A DNA stretch of 63,879 bases, the filler included, from Octopus bimaculoides (lineage: Eukaryota), in assembly GCF_001194135.2 (NCBI RefSeq). It is 6 parts of 5 records of this genome, joined end to end, with 100 filler letters (N's around TTAATTAATTAA, not from the genome) between each part and the next. Parts side by side here need not be neighbours in the genome. Positions count along the whole stretch, not along the records: positions 1 to 29,201 come from NC_068986.1; positions 29,302 to 42,077 come from NC_068999.1; 4 more parts are not named here. One strand, given 5' to 3'. Position 1 is the stretch's first letter. Every line of letters starts with the position of its first letter. Made by a program: the position numbers and the translations under genes. Of the stretch, positions 26,524 through 39,991 are shown in pieces. Below the pieces are notes generated by a model, which saw only the letters and a program-made list of their open reading frames with translations, did no database searches and had not been told where the DNA came from.

Positions 26524-27334
26524 ATGATACACACACACTTGCAAATTATATATCGGTAATTGGAAAATACAGCATATTCTAGCAAGTGACAGTCTCCTGC
26601 AATTTTTTCAGAGCGATTGAATATTTTGTAGCTGTGAAGTTATTTCTGTTTTAAGAAATTGTATATTCTCTGAAGAATATAGTAGATGATAACTTTGACG
26701 CCGGAAGACATCTGGTAGGGTAACTGCCTTTTGATATGGTAAGAATGGGTAGCAACACGGATATTACCTCTGGATATCCTTGTTGCTTACTTTTATTTTG
26801 ATTTTAATCACCTTATTTTGAAACTGTATGGATAATACCGTACTAAATTCTGGTGCCTCAACTTAAGTACCTTTATTCATCTGAATCTAAATTTTTGCTG
26901 AACTCATCTACCATACCCAAACGATATATATATCATTACAAATAAAAGGGCAAAGGATTATTAATTTATTAATAAATTAATAATTAATAATTTTTACCAA
27001 GCCCTTCGGTATGTAAACACCATTATCGGTGAAGAACTTATTTAAAAGTTCTTATACATTTATTGCTATAAGTATTGCTATCTGTTGGAGTTTCAGCACT
27101 TTAGATGCTATTTCTGAACTTCGGTATGTGGTGAAGCAACTGTTGCTGATCCCTTAATTATGTTTATATATATATATATATATATATATAGTCAAAATAA
27201 GGAACAAGGATATCCAAAGTACGATCGTTTCATGCGACTCCATTTAATTAAGCAATGAAACGATCGTATTGCATTAACTGTGGATATCCTTGTTGCTTAT
27301 TTTGACTTTAATCACCTTATTTTAAACTGCTCGA

Positions 27335-28823
27335 GGTCTGGTTTGGTCCGGACCTCCAGGTGGCCAAGAACTAGGAGGCGGTGACGAGCAGAGTGGCCAA
27401 TCTCACCCAGAAATGGGCAGAGAGGAAGCTGTCCCTGAAGGATCGGCGGAGGTGGCGAATACATACATCACTTCCGTCATCCACTACCGCCTGACCGTCG
27501 TCTCTTGCTTCACTTCGTGGCTGATCAAGCTGGAACGCTTCCTCATCCGCTTTTTGTGGAAGGGATGTGTTCCGCTCGTCAGACGATCTATCAACTGTCA
27601 ATGGCCGCTAAGTGGAGGACTGGACATGCCGTGGCTAATATTGCGCAGACATGCGCTGAGGCTGTGACATCTCCAGCGAGCTTGTTGCCATTTGTCGGAC
27701 GGGATTTCCCGTAGCTCGTTTCATTGACGGAGCTACAGTCCTGGATCAAGCGTAAATCAAGAAAGGGCGCTTGGCACCTGGAGTGTCGGCAAGCACTCAG
27801 TTTGTTGCCAGTCAGGCAACGATTGGCAATTATGGGGTCACCTCGATGTCCTGGATCAAGCGTAAATCAAGAAAGGGCGCTTGGCACCAGGAATGTCGGC
27901 AAGCACTCATAGTTTGTTGCCAGTCGGGCAACGATTGGCAATTATGGGGTTCTATAGGGGATTGGTGGAGGGAAAGAGCGACGACGTTCTCGGGGAAACT
28001 CTGGGCGTCGGGAGGGATCGATTAACTAGTTTTTTCGGAAGAACTTTCGGGTCGGTGCCTATGTATAACTTCCAGAAATCCCTGGCCTGGCAGTGCTACC
28101 GGGGAGCTCTGCTAGTTCGAGACAAGCTCTAAAAACACGGAAGTGCTGCCAGGTGGACCTTTCCAAGATGTGCGCAAGGCGACGAAACCGTCCTGCATGC
28201 ACTCATCCAGTGCCCGGGCATTACTGATTTGCGTCAACAGCCGTTGACGCGTGTATGATGGATCCGGTTATCATCCGAGTCCATCGTAAAGATCGCCCCC
28301 ATCGCTTTCTTTTGGCTGGGAAGGAAGGGCAGTTTTCTTCTGTCTGGTGGCTGTGGCAAATGAGGCACTGTGGTGGACGGGACTGAAAGGACTGAAGACA
28401 GAGTCTTTCCTCTTCGGCCAAACCCTCATTGACTTTTTCAAATTCCACTTGAAAAGGGAACTGGGGGTGGAGAGGGAAGTACTTCCCCACCCCAACCACC
28501 AGTATTTTTGTTGAAAGGGGGATGAATGTGACGAAGGTGGCTCATCTGAATGGGCCCACGCTGAACATTCGCTTAAAAACTGGAAGAGTTGAGAAGGAGA
28601 GGCACCTGTTGAGGTGCACTGGTGGTTGGAATAACCTGAATGTTTGGGGTTCCTCGGTTGCCCCTAGGATGGACTCCCCACTTTTGGGGTGTTAACTGTT
28701 ATTTTTGAACGACTTTGTACTAAACTCCTCTTGTCCCTTGTGTTGCATTGTTCCTATGTGTTTTGTGTTTAGACCTTGTGACCAATAAAGAAAGCATAAT
28801 AATAATAATAATAATAATAATAA
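27335..28823 (+). mobile_element. Tx1/L1-clade LINE, 3' portion with 3' UTR and (AAT)n tail
   Basis: QKWAERKLSLKDRAEVANTYITSVIHYRLTVV...RFLWKGCVPLVRRSINCQWPLSGGLDMP and PRCAQGDETVLHALIQCP (CCHC-like) motifs; aataaagaaagc followed by (aat)n. Confidence 0.8.
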
Positions 28824-28824
28824 T

Positions 28825-28967
28825 ATAGACCTTGGTGGACTTTGAATATAGACCTTGGTGGACTTTGAAATATAGACCTTGGTGGACTTTGAAATATAGA
28901 CCTTGGTGGACTTTGAAGATATAGACCTTGGTGGACTTTGAAGATATAGACCTTGGTGGACTTTGAA
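28825..28967. repeat. Six tandem copies of a 23-25 bp unit (core atagaccttggtggactttgaa)
   Basis: Directly visible. The unit is the reverse complement of the SINE B B-box region, and the SINE head continues to about 29045. Confidence 0.9.
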
Positions 28968-29099
28968 CACTGAGAACGTAAAGAAAGATGAAATGACAGC
29001 AAACATTTCGGCCAGCATGTTACCAATTCTGCCAGCTCACTACCAATAATAGTAATAATAATAATAATAATAATAATAGTAATAATAATAATAATAATA

Positions 29100-29136
<37 letters not shown>

Positions 29137-29301
29137 TAATAGTAATAATAATAGTAATAATAATAATAATAATAAGGAGAGACTACACCGGGGAAGTTTA
29201 ANNNNNNNNNNNNNNNNNNNNNNNNNNNNNNNNNNNNNNNNNNNNTTAATTAATTAANNNNNNNNNNNNNNNNNNNNNNNNNNNNNNNNNNNNNNNNNNN
29301 N

Positions 29302-29348
<47 letters not shown>

Positions 29349-32300
29349 GTACATATATATGTGTGTATATATATATATACATACACACACATATATTTAT
29401 ATATGTGTATATGTGTGTGTGTAAGTATGCAAGAGTTTGTTTTTGAGTTGATGTTTATCTCCTATCATTGTTTGATAACCAGTGTTGGTTTCTTTATGTC
29501 CCGTAACTTAGCAGTTCGTCAAAAGAACTTTCTAAAAGTGGCAGATTTAAAAATAAGTCTCGGGGAATTTTTTTTAGTGTCTCATCATGGCTGCAGTCCA
29601 ATGACTGAAACAAGTAAATGATGAAAGATGTTGTTTAATCGATTTCTCAAAGAAAATAAGAACTGGATTAAATTAGTTAAACCGAGAATGGAAGCGAAAT
29701 CGTGCTTTGCTGAGAGAGTACAGTTACCTTCAATATCTATTTTCTAAGGATAAAAATATATTGAATAGATGGCTAAGTGGATATATTATTAGCTTCATCA
29801 GTTGTTACTTCGTTTCAGTTCAAAGATATTTTACCCTATCAGTTTCAGTTTACAGAAGAAACCTAATTTTAAACCCCAAATTAATTGAAATATACTATGT
29901 TGAAGAACAAGTTTAAACTAAACTTCCATTTATATCTGTCAAAACTCATGGTGATCGACATCCATCTCCAAGTTTGTATACATACATTCATACACCACAT
30001 GTATTCGTCTTTTGTTTTCTTTTTGTGAATTCTCCCTATATATTATATATTATATATATCAATCAAAACCACAATCACTTCGAATGAATGAGTTTTTCAA
30101 CGTTTCGGAAGCATTGAATTTATCATTTGTGAATAACCATAGAGAAACTGGAAAATAGTATGGTGGCCAGGAAAGTTGCTATAGTAACTAATCAATAATC
30201 GTTTCGATTATATTAATGTGCATCAATTAAATTAAACGTGAAATTGTAACGGTAGCAAGTTTATATTCTGGTTGCCAAGTAACAATGTTCTTTTTCGCTA
30301 ATTTTGCAGAACACTTTTCATGCTGTCACTGCTGGAAAAATTCTTTATGGCAAATGTTTAGATTTTACTGCTATCCAAGGCTAACGTTGGGAGTTATTTC
30401 ATTGATTAAGTATTTATCAAGTTCAAGATTCAAGTAGCGTGATATAGTTGATAATATTGTTCCTCTTTGTTGACAAAAGACTGCAGTGCTCTTGTATTGA
30501 ATATCTATTTGAAATTATTGTTAATTCTATTTTATCTAGAAGCCTGAAAAATTGTAAAAAAAAAAAAAGGGGGTTTTTAGACTACAGTCAAATCTGATTG
30601 AACAAATCTATAACCAAAAGCATTCCTGTAGTGACTATACCGTCTTTTCGTATATCTAGGACTATATAGTATAATGTATCCTTCTTTTAAGACTGTGGGG
30701 TATGAGGAGGAAATTTGTTTGCTATTTCTAATACGTAAACCTACTACATAGAGACTTTCTATTGGCTCGTTATTATAGAGCCTCTTATCGTTTAGCCTCA
30801 GATCTGCCCTGATTAAGAAGACTCATGACCACTGTCATTCCAACCACGACTAGAGGAATATAAGTCTGCATTATCTATTGCGTTCTTTTTATTTTTGAGT
30901 CAATAAGGGTGAGATATGAGTGAGATTTGGCTGCAGTTTCTAGTTAGTCAAAAGACCACCTGAGAGTTCCCTCATAGACTTATTATTATAATGGCTGTCG
31001 ACAGCGGTGGAGCTGAGTTTTAAAGCAAAAGCTTAATGATTCCTTTATTTTAATATAAAAACAGTTCCAGTTTCGTTTAAATGCTTGTGCTGTTTTTGAT
31101 TAATGGAGATGTCTTAACTAGCACTGAAATCTTGACAGATAAGACTCGAACTAGTTTGAAATTGAATGATGTAGTACGTAATTTAGAAAAAGAAAATCAA
31201 TAGTCATTTATAGTTACATGAAATACAAGTACACTGAACTTTTTCACCTAAAGCAAATGTAAAGCTATGATTTGATGTTTGCAATCGTCGTTTACGACAA
31301 TGTCTCATTCTGAAGGTGACCCAGAAGAGTGTTTTTCAGTTAAGAGAAATAATGTGTGAGGGCATTTAGTGCGTGCGTTTGTGTCTGCCTTCTTCAACCC
31401 TTTCCACTTTCTAAACTCCACATTAACCAGCACCACTCCGCAATTGAATTTCCTGCACACATCTCTCTCTCTCTCTCTCTCTCTTGATCTTATCTACCCG
31501 TGTCTTCACAAACGTTTCATCTCACCCCACTATACTTTCCATACTTTATTTGCTATCTCCTATTTGAAATTCATTCTATTCCGTTGCCTCTGTAACTGTG
31601 ACCCCAAATTTGATACGCAGCTGTCCTAAATAGTCTGCTGCTTCACACAATGTACTTGTCTCCAATTGCTGTCTCTGATCTGTTGACCACGCCTCTGCCC
31701 TTATGTTCCGTATCTACTCTAACACCGACCATCATTTTTTCCCCTTCATCTGCCATCATGACGCCTTAACTTTCCAATGCTCTAGCTTATGGCTCTTTCA
31801 GTTTCTCTAAATGACCAACTTATAACAATCTTCCCTTAAAGCCCTTTTCCTTCGTTCTGCATGAAGGAAACGCAGCCAATTCTCTGTGACTTGGCCTATA
31901 CTCCTATCTTACTTCACGACACTCAACTTGGACCCTTTGTTTGTCCCCGCGGTAATACCTCTCCATTAATCCGAAATATTACTACATTATATGGAACCTA
32001 ACTTCACCTACTATGTCACCGACTTTATGATTTATTGAGTAATTATTGATCAATAATGATAAATATGAACTTGGAGAAACCCATGGAGATTATCAAACCG
32101 CTTTAAAGACCGTCTTTTAGGCACCTGAGTTAATAATATCGGAACACTTCGAGTTTTAGACCGCCAATTTATTTCTCTCCATAACTACCAGTCCCTCTAT
32201 CCGTTAATCTGCAGTCTACACAGCTTACCTATTTAAATTTACTAATCTCTTTGTTTTCCTTAATAACACTGTCTCTTCCAAACACATTCTGCTCGATAAA

Positions 32301-35300
32301 CACCCGCTTCTAGATTTCGCAGACTATCTCCAGCTCCACATACGCATAATGACGCCAGTTGATTGAAATTTTTGGACAGACAATGCAGTTTGGAGTGGAT
32401 TTGGTCTTTAAAGTCAGATGGTGAAAGGAACGGACATGTTTCGGCATTATTAGACCTTCTCAGTGAATTATATTCCACAAAGTTGATATGACTAAGAATC
32501 ATCGACTCAAAGACATAGAGGGAATGCTGTGAAGCTGATTATGAATATTAACAATATGGCTGAGGTAAAATAATTCAGCGTTTGATCATTCTTGAAATTC
32601 ATTAAAATAATTCCCTTAGAGATGATAGCAATCGTTATCTAAATTATTAATTCTGGTAAAAAGAAAGAAGAGAGTACAACACCGAAATGTAATTATTTAA
32701 TTAAAATGGATTATTGAATAAATTTGTTTTTTTACAGAACCATTACGCACACACATGTAATGATTCTGTAAATTACTAATTCATCAATGGAAAACGCTCT
32801 ACTTGGTCACAAACTATAAAACAGAAGAACGAAGGAGAATTTTAAAACTCTTCCCAGTTCGTAATTATCTTTTACATAGCTTCTTACACAGCAATAAAAT
32901 CTGACATTTGAAATTATATGGAGCTTCATGATTTGTTTTGCTTAGGAATCGTTAGAACAAAAATAATCTTAAGAAAAAAGAAAAAAAAAACTAGGTTATT
33001 TAGAAGAAGTATATCCCCCTTCGCCACCGCCACAAAAGTCAACGTGGAGAAGTTTGGAAAATAAAATACTAATTTACATTTGAGTAATGTTTTGATTTTT
33101 TAAAATAGGGGAAACCTCAATTTAAATGCCAAGTCAACAATATTTGGATTCGATTTCAGAAGTGTAAGCGCGTGCACGTGTGTGTGTGTGCGTGTATGTA
33201 CAACACACACACACATACAATATATATATTCAAATTCAAGCATCTACTAAAGTTCGGCACCTACCATAGTTGGCTCAGTCTGTACCTAACTTTCCCAAAG
33301 CGACATATCAGTTACTGAGTAGCCGCTATATGCTCCGCTATGCCTATAAATATAAAGCTTGTAAGGCTGGCGCTTAGCTCAAGCATCAGTAGCTTTATGT
33401 ATTCAAGTTTTATGCATTTACCTCTGGATGGAATCGTTATAGATCGCAGGGACTTGCATCCTATTCTCCTGATAGATATGTAGTCAGCAGCTACAAAGTA
33501 ATTAAGCTAAGATTCGAAATCGAATCTACGTTTTTTCACATTGTCAAACAAATCTTCAACCCATTGTTTTAGCCTTTTTCGCACTCGGAGATAAATATTC
33601 TACTGCACCTACAAGCAAGCTCTGTACACGCAAACAAACCACCCAAGGAAGTTGTATACTTCTTATGTATTGTAACGACTTGCATTATGATTGATAAATA
33701 ATAAATGATTATCTAATCAAATAATTAATTATTTTCCCGTCATTTCTCTGATGCACTATGGCAACAAAATTCACTCGATACAGATATATTAAATTAAATT
33801 ATATTAACAGCACAATAAACGCTACCTTATTTAATCAGTCGAAGTAATAAACCAAAGGAACACATACAAGTATTAAAATAATAACAAAATGAAACGTGTA
33901 AAAATGAAATGTTTTATTTTCTCAACAAATCTCAATGAACAGAAGTACAAGCAAAAACAAATGGAAGAATAAGCAATTTGTGTTTACATGCATTTCACAC
34001 ACATGTATGCATTTCTATGTGTAAAAACATATGCACATCAGTGCATACGCTTGTCCTTTTCCTACCGGTGCAAACTGAATATCTTGCTTGTCACAAACTG
34101 TTAAAACAGAAATGATCAACAAAGAAAGGTGGAACAATTACACAAATCTGTCACAAACAGCAATATTTTGAGAGTCAAATCTAAACAACGACTGTATGTA
34201 CTTAATTTTATGAATGGTGATACTTGAAACCATAGATTTAACACATACGCTGTTGAATAATAATTCTTGAGAACGTGTGTAAATATATGTATGCATGTGT
34301 GTGTGTGTAATGTTAGTTAAAATAAAATCTAAGAAGGTCAAAATCTCAGAGTTCAAATTACGTCGAGCAAGAACGGCTGCCAGTAAAAATGACTGCTTTC
34401 CTGAGATGGTGTAATTGAGATGAGATCTGGAAAACGTGGTCAAAGCAGCATCTGTTTATAAGCAATATAAAAGGTTCTACAATACACGATTTTTATTAAT
34501 AAATAAATAAAATGAATAAATAAATTCAACTTAGTAGTTTGTGGGAAAGACTCGCTTATTTGGTTTTTGCGTGTGAGATCGACTGGGGGTATCGAGTTTA
34601 GTAGACTTTTATATGGTTGATATTGCTGTGGTTTTGATGTTTACCGAACTTTGCCTTCACTGTCATTCACGTATCCTTCTCTTCGTAACTCTAGCTCTTT
34701 CTTACTCTCTCAATCTTCCTTCCTAGATCTGTCTCATTGATGACTACCAAATATACATGAAAGTGTAAGAGAAGGAGTGGGGGTATGTTGCAGAACAGGA
34801 AGCTCTGCTTAAGGCACGATATCATAAGGGTCAAGTGTAGGTGTTAAATAAATGTTACAAGCAGAACAGAAGTCGTGTTAGATCGTACTATAGTGGAATG
34901 TTTAACAACAGCAAGAATCAGAACTTTGCGATGCGATGTAGAAAAGGTGTGGAGATCAAATTTGCAAAATGGCTTCAGAAATCTGAAGCATTCGATTGTA
35001 TTTTAATGGGTATGTTCTTTACTTGTCAGTATTTGTATGTGAGTGTGCGAGTGTGTGTAGGAATGAGGGAAATGAATAGAACTATTTCTTAAATTTAGTT
35101 TATAATTGAACTCCTAAAGATGTTTGCTTTACTTTGAAATAGATAAGTAAGCAAGAAATTTTTTGAAAAAAATATATGTACTCATAATATATATTTACAA
35201 ATAAATTTCACGTTCTATGTGCATGTGTGTGAGTGTGTGTGCATATGGATACTTTATTATCTACGTGAAAATGTTTTAAAGGGCAAAGGCTATGTCAATA

Positions 35301-37067
35301 AATATTTAATTATACTTTGAAATAAAATTCTCAGTATTCAGTTTTAAGTTTAAATGTTACAATTTTGTCTATTTTGTGAGTGATATTGAATCTTATTGAG
35401 TTATGTGATTGCTTTGAATAAATAAATATTTTAAGAGCATATACTGAATATAAGCCAGAAGGGAACATAAACAACCATACAGTAAAAAGGAAACCTTAAC
35501 TCCCCTGTATTTCTTTGAAATTATATAGTATTATTTGTGCGCTGGTAAACCCCCAAAAAATCGATCTTAGAAGACAATTTAAGTAACCTAAACTAGCTGG
35601 CGCCTTCCATATGTCTACATATATTTACCAAACAAATGGTGAACTACGCTATTTGAAGAATAATTTCTACATATCAGAAATGTATGACAACTAAGCTACT
35701 CGATTTTTTTTTTATTGCTTCGAATCCAAACTACACTAAAATAATATTACTTCGAAATTACAGAAGAGAAACAGTCCCATATATATANNNNNNNNNNNNN
35801 NNNNNNNNNNNNNNNNNNNNNNNNNNNNNNNNNNNNNNNNNNNNNNNNNNNNNNNNNNNNNNNNNNNNNNNNNNNNNNNNNNNNNNNNNNNNNNNNNNNN
35901 NNNNNNNNNNNNNNNNNNNNNNNNNNNNNNNNNNNNNNNNNNNNNNNNNNNNNNNNNNNNNNNNNNNNNNNNNNNNNNNNNNNNNNNNNNNNNNNNNNNN
36001 NNNNNNNNNNNNNNNNNNNNNNNNNNNNNNNNNNNNNNNNNNNNNNNNNNNNNNNNNNNNNNNNNNNNNNNNNNNNNNNNNNNNNNNNNNNNNNNNNNNN
36101 NNNNNNNNNNNNNNNNNNNNNNNNNNNNNNNNNNNNNNNNNNNNNNNNNNNNNNNNNNNNNNNNNNNNNNNNNNNNNNNNNNNNNNNNNNNNNNNNNNNN
36201 NNNNNNNNNNNNNNNNNNNNNNNNNNNNNNNNNNNNNNNNNNNNNNNNNNNNNNNNNNNNNNNNNNNNNNNNNNNNNNNNNNNNNNNNNNNNNNNNNNNN
36301 NNNNNNNNNNNNNNNNNNNNNNNNNNNNNNNNNNNNNNNNNNNNNNNNNNNNNNNNNNNNNNNNNNNNNNNNNNNNNNNNNNNNNNNNNNNNNNNNNNNN
36401 NNNNNNNNNNNNNNNNNNNNNNNNNNNNNNNNNNNNNNNNNNNNNNNNNNNNNNNNNNNNNNNNNNNNNNNNNNNNNNNNNNNNNNNNNNNNNNNNNNNN
36501 ATATATATATGTTCATTAAGAAATAGAGGATCTATACGGATTCTATTTGCAAAAGTTTGGTTTTCTAACAAGATTCCATGTCATGATGGAAATTTATTTG
36601 TATTGTCTTCCCTTGGATGCTAAGTAGTGTGGGCTATTTTACACGAAGTATGAAAATATATATTTCTCTGACTCAAAGTGAGTTGGGGAAGCAAATATGA
36701 TTTGTATCACTCACACCATACACACGCATATATACATATAGATGTTAATACAAAGACAACTTTATATACATAACTTAATGTTGCGTACTTTCACATTACA
36801 TAACTACACAAATATTAGTGGTTGCAGATAAGCTCAAACGAAAGAATTCCTTATACGATTGTACCATTTTGTTTGGACGAACAGGGAAAACTCCAGGGAT
36901 CTATTTTCTTCATGTCTACACACATAATTGTGTGTGTATGTCTGTGTGTGTCTAATTTGGCTCATTCACGGAAGTTTTGCAAAGTCTGTGGCCATTTCTT
37001 TTCTGAGACAATTTCCCAAGCTGCTGGCGGCAACATTTTTGCGTTGGTTCTGGTGGAATTTAGCTTT

Positions 37068-37195
37068 TTAAAACATTGCGTATCTTGCTGTAGTTGAGTT
37101 CTTTTGGGCTTTCGTCATGATTTGAACCAGGAAGCTGGACAAACTGCGTTTACGCCTTTGAACCATGTTGGATATGTTGTCCAAGTCGCTGGCAA
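37068..37195 (-). CDS. Probable terminal coding exon of the putative prepropeptide
   Basis: Acceptor ttttttattttag at 37196, with a GC-richer island downstream. Phase 1 reads (V)ASDLDNISNMVQRRKR-SLSSFLVQIMTKAQKNSTTARYAMF*. The join to 39850 is inferred from matching phase only. Confidence 0.5.
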
Positions 37196-38319
37196 CTAAA
37201 ATAAAAAATATATATATATATGATGGCGTGATAATTAAAGAGCAAAAGTAAGAAAGTAACATCAATATATAGAAAAATAGAAAAGTCAGATAGAAATATT
37301 TTGCATATGCACAAGATTACATATTTATAAGGTGATAAGAGTTTTAGTAAAGTGAAAAAAAAATTACATTAACGAGGAATAAAAAAAAAAGCAACAGCAA
37401 TGGAGTCGAGGCCAGATTACTTAATTCACGTTGTTTATGTACCCGAGAAATCATGAATAAATTAAATTAAATCAAGAGTATACGACCAATTTCTTGAATT
37501 TCCTTATCAGAAATAGTTAAATAGTAATTAGCTTTATTGATTTCAGGATCAGGTAAAAGAGTTCGAATCTGTTCAAGAAAAATTCGAAATGCAAGTGAAA
37601 TACCTATAGCCAAAAATATTAAATTATTTGAAGAGTCAGCTGGTCGAGGGTGTTCCGCAGATTTGGGCAAAAGAAAAAATTCGTTCACATTTTATCACAG
37701 TAATCGATCTGCTTAGCAATGGACACTGATTTAATAATTTATCTCTGAACAAATGAAGTAAATCGTTTCTTCGTATTAGATAGTTCTCTCCGCATATTAG
37801 AATAAAAATTTAGGCATATACTTTAAAGGATGGTTATTAACATTAAGCCGAATTAATTTTGACCGACATATAGCGGCTATTTCTGTTCCAACAACAGCCT
37901 TGTAATGTGTCTATTTTTAACGGTTTTGTTCACTTTCCTGTCAATAAGTATCGTGTCTAGATGAAGCTCACCTCCGGGCAAAGGTTCAACACTTTGCATC
38001 CCTTCACTTGAATTGTGTCACTGGAAAACCATTCAACTTTCAATGACCCAAACAACTTAATGTAAATAGGTGCTACACACAGTTTCTGCTCATTACTGTT
38101 AGCAAACGAATCACAATTTAACTGACGATTATTTCATCCGCTTGTTCTGTTAATTCCAAATCCACATAGATTTGAGAGGAAGGATTAATTTTACAGTGTG
38201 TAGCGGACAGATTTAATTTGTTAATTTTATAGATTGATTGAAAAATCTGCCGAAATGCTGTATTCATCACACTTACAAAAATTCCGAATTTTTTTGTTTC
38301 AGTTCAATAAGAAACAAAG

Positions 38320-39038
38320 AGACGGGATTTGAAAGCGAATCGTTCAGATACTGGAAGAAATGCCGCTAAGCATTTCGTCCGATGCACTCGCCACCATGAA
38401 TGAATACATAAATAAATTTCTACTATAGGCACAATGCCTGAAATTTCGAGGGTCAGGGCTAGTCGAGTGCATAGACTCCAGTGCTCAACTGGTACTTATT
38501 TCATCAACCCCATAACGGTGAAAGGCAAAGTCGATCTTGGCGGAACTTAGAGCATAAAGAGCTGGAATGACTACATAAATAATCTTTTCTACTATAGGCA
38601 CAAACCTGAAATTTTGGGGGAGGGGGCTTATCGATTACAGAGACCCCAGTACTCAACTGGTACTTTTTTGTCGACCCCGAAAAAATGAAAGGTAAAATCG
38701 ATCTAGGAGGAATTTGAATTTAGAACATAAGGGCGGACGAAATGTTGCTAAGCACTTTGTCCGGCACGATAACAATTCTACCAGCTCGCCACCTTGACTA
38801 CATAAATAATAATGATTTCAAATGTTGGTACAAGGCCAACAGTTTCGGGGAAGGGTGTAAGTCGATTACATAAACCCCCGTGCTCAATTGATATTTATTT
38901 TATCGACCCAGAAAGGATGAAAAGTAATGTCGGCATCGGAGGAATTTGAACTCAGAAAGTAGACAGACGAAATGCCGATAAGCATTTTGTCCGGCGTGGT
39001 AACGATTCTACTAGCTCGCCACCTTGAGTACATAAATA
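38320..39038 (-). mobile_element. Array of SINE family B copies separated by TGANTACATAAATA
   Basis: Motif at 38401, 38568, 38795 and 39025, with a SINE copy between each pair. Confidence 0.8.
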
Positions 39039-39849
39039 GTAACGATCATAGGTATAACAGTAATATATCTTTGAATGGTTGTTGCAAGGAGGAAATAAAT
39101 AAGTTATGATTTTTATAGTGTATCCAAAAACATAAGATTAGTAGCTAAAGAATATTTGGAATAGAAACTCTGCCATGGATTTAATTTTCCGAGAATTAAC
39201 TACCAAATCAGCGTTTATGGAAAGATTTTGTTTTCCTTGGTCTTATGATCTGGATTTACAGAAAAGTAAGAAATTAGTTCTAATGTTTATGACTGTATTG
39301 AGTTAATAGCGATGCTAACTAAGAACCATACAAGCGTGATGGACCTGGTTTAATAGATAATTATTGTCACAGTAGACTCGCTATATAATGATTTTTTTAA
39401 ATCATTGCAAGGTTCATATTCACAAAGAAGACAGCGATGGGTGATTTAATCGATTGCAACATCTTCCTGTTGCTATGCTATTGACCCTGGATAGATAAAG
39501 AGTGAATACCTTCAATGATCTTTGAATAAACTCCAAATATGGAAGCAAAACTATCCATATTTCAAATACAGTCACACCTCATCTTATGTCGTTTCGAATT
39601 TTGTCTTTTTCGACTTTACGTCTTTTGTTTTTTAGATATTAAAAATGATTATCTTATAAAAATGCAGTATTGCTGGTAACTTATTTTATTGATTACAAGG
39701 AGGTAAAAGACAAATCAACCACGACGATATTGAGATCTGTGATGTTGCGAGACGAAATTTAATACAGCTAGATATTTTAACTAATCTATTATTGTTTTTG
39801 TTAGCTCCTCGACTTTCTATAGACAATGAGGATTCTTCAAAGAACTTAC

Positions 39850-39991
39850 CATCAGCTAATTTTTTCAAATCTTCGATACTGATGTAGTGTGTTACGGTAT
39901 TACCTTTGGTGTCATCTAGGTAGGAAGGTGCAGCCAGTACGAAGCCCATGGTGGAGCATGTAACGAGGAGGATGAAAACAAGGCGAGACAT
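39850..39991 (-). CDS. Signal-peptide exon of a putative secreted prepropeptide
   Basis: Strong acceptor ttgtttctttctttgcag at 40001, ATG at 39991, MSRLVFILLVTCSTMGFVLA-APSYLDDTKGNTVTHYISIEDLKKLAD, then donor GATG|gtaagt at 39850/39849 (phase 1). Confidence 0.65.

Noticed and set aside
28825-28967. CRISPR-like array of 22-bp direct repeats
   Set aside because: No unique spacers (linkers of 1-3 nt), eukaryotic context, no cas genes, and the unit derives from a SINE.
29246-29257. TTAATTAATTAA islands inside N runs (five occurrences)
   Set aside because: Identical 12-mer centred in fixed 100-base gaps with stops in all frames; an assembly spacer, not biology.
32260-32502. Cys-containing 80-aa ORF (and the 34841-35092 and 37467-37688 ORFs)
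   Set aside because: No recognisable homology, and I could not place them in a consistent splice model; left unannotated rather than disproved.
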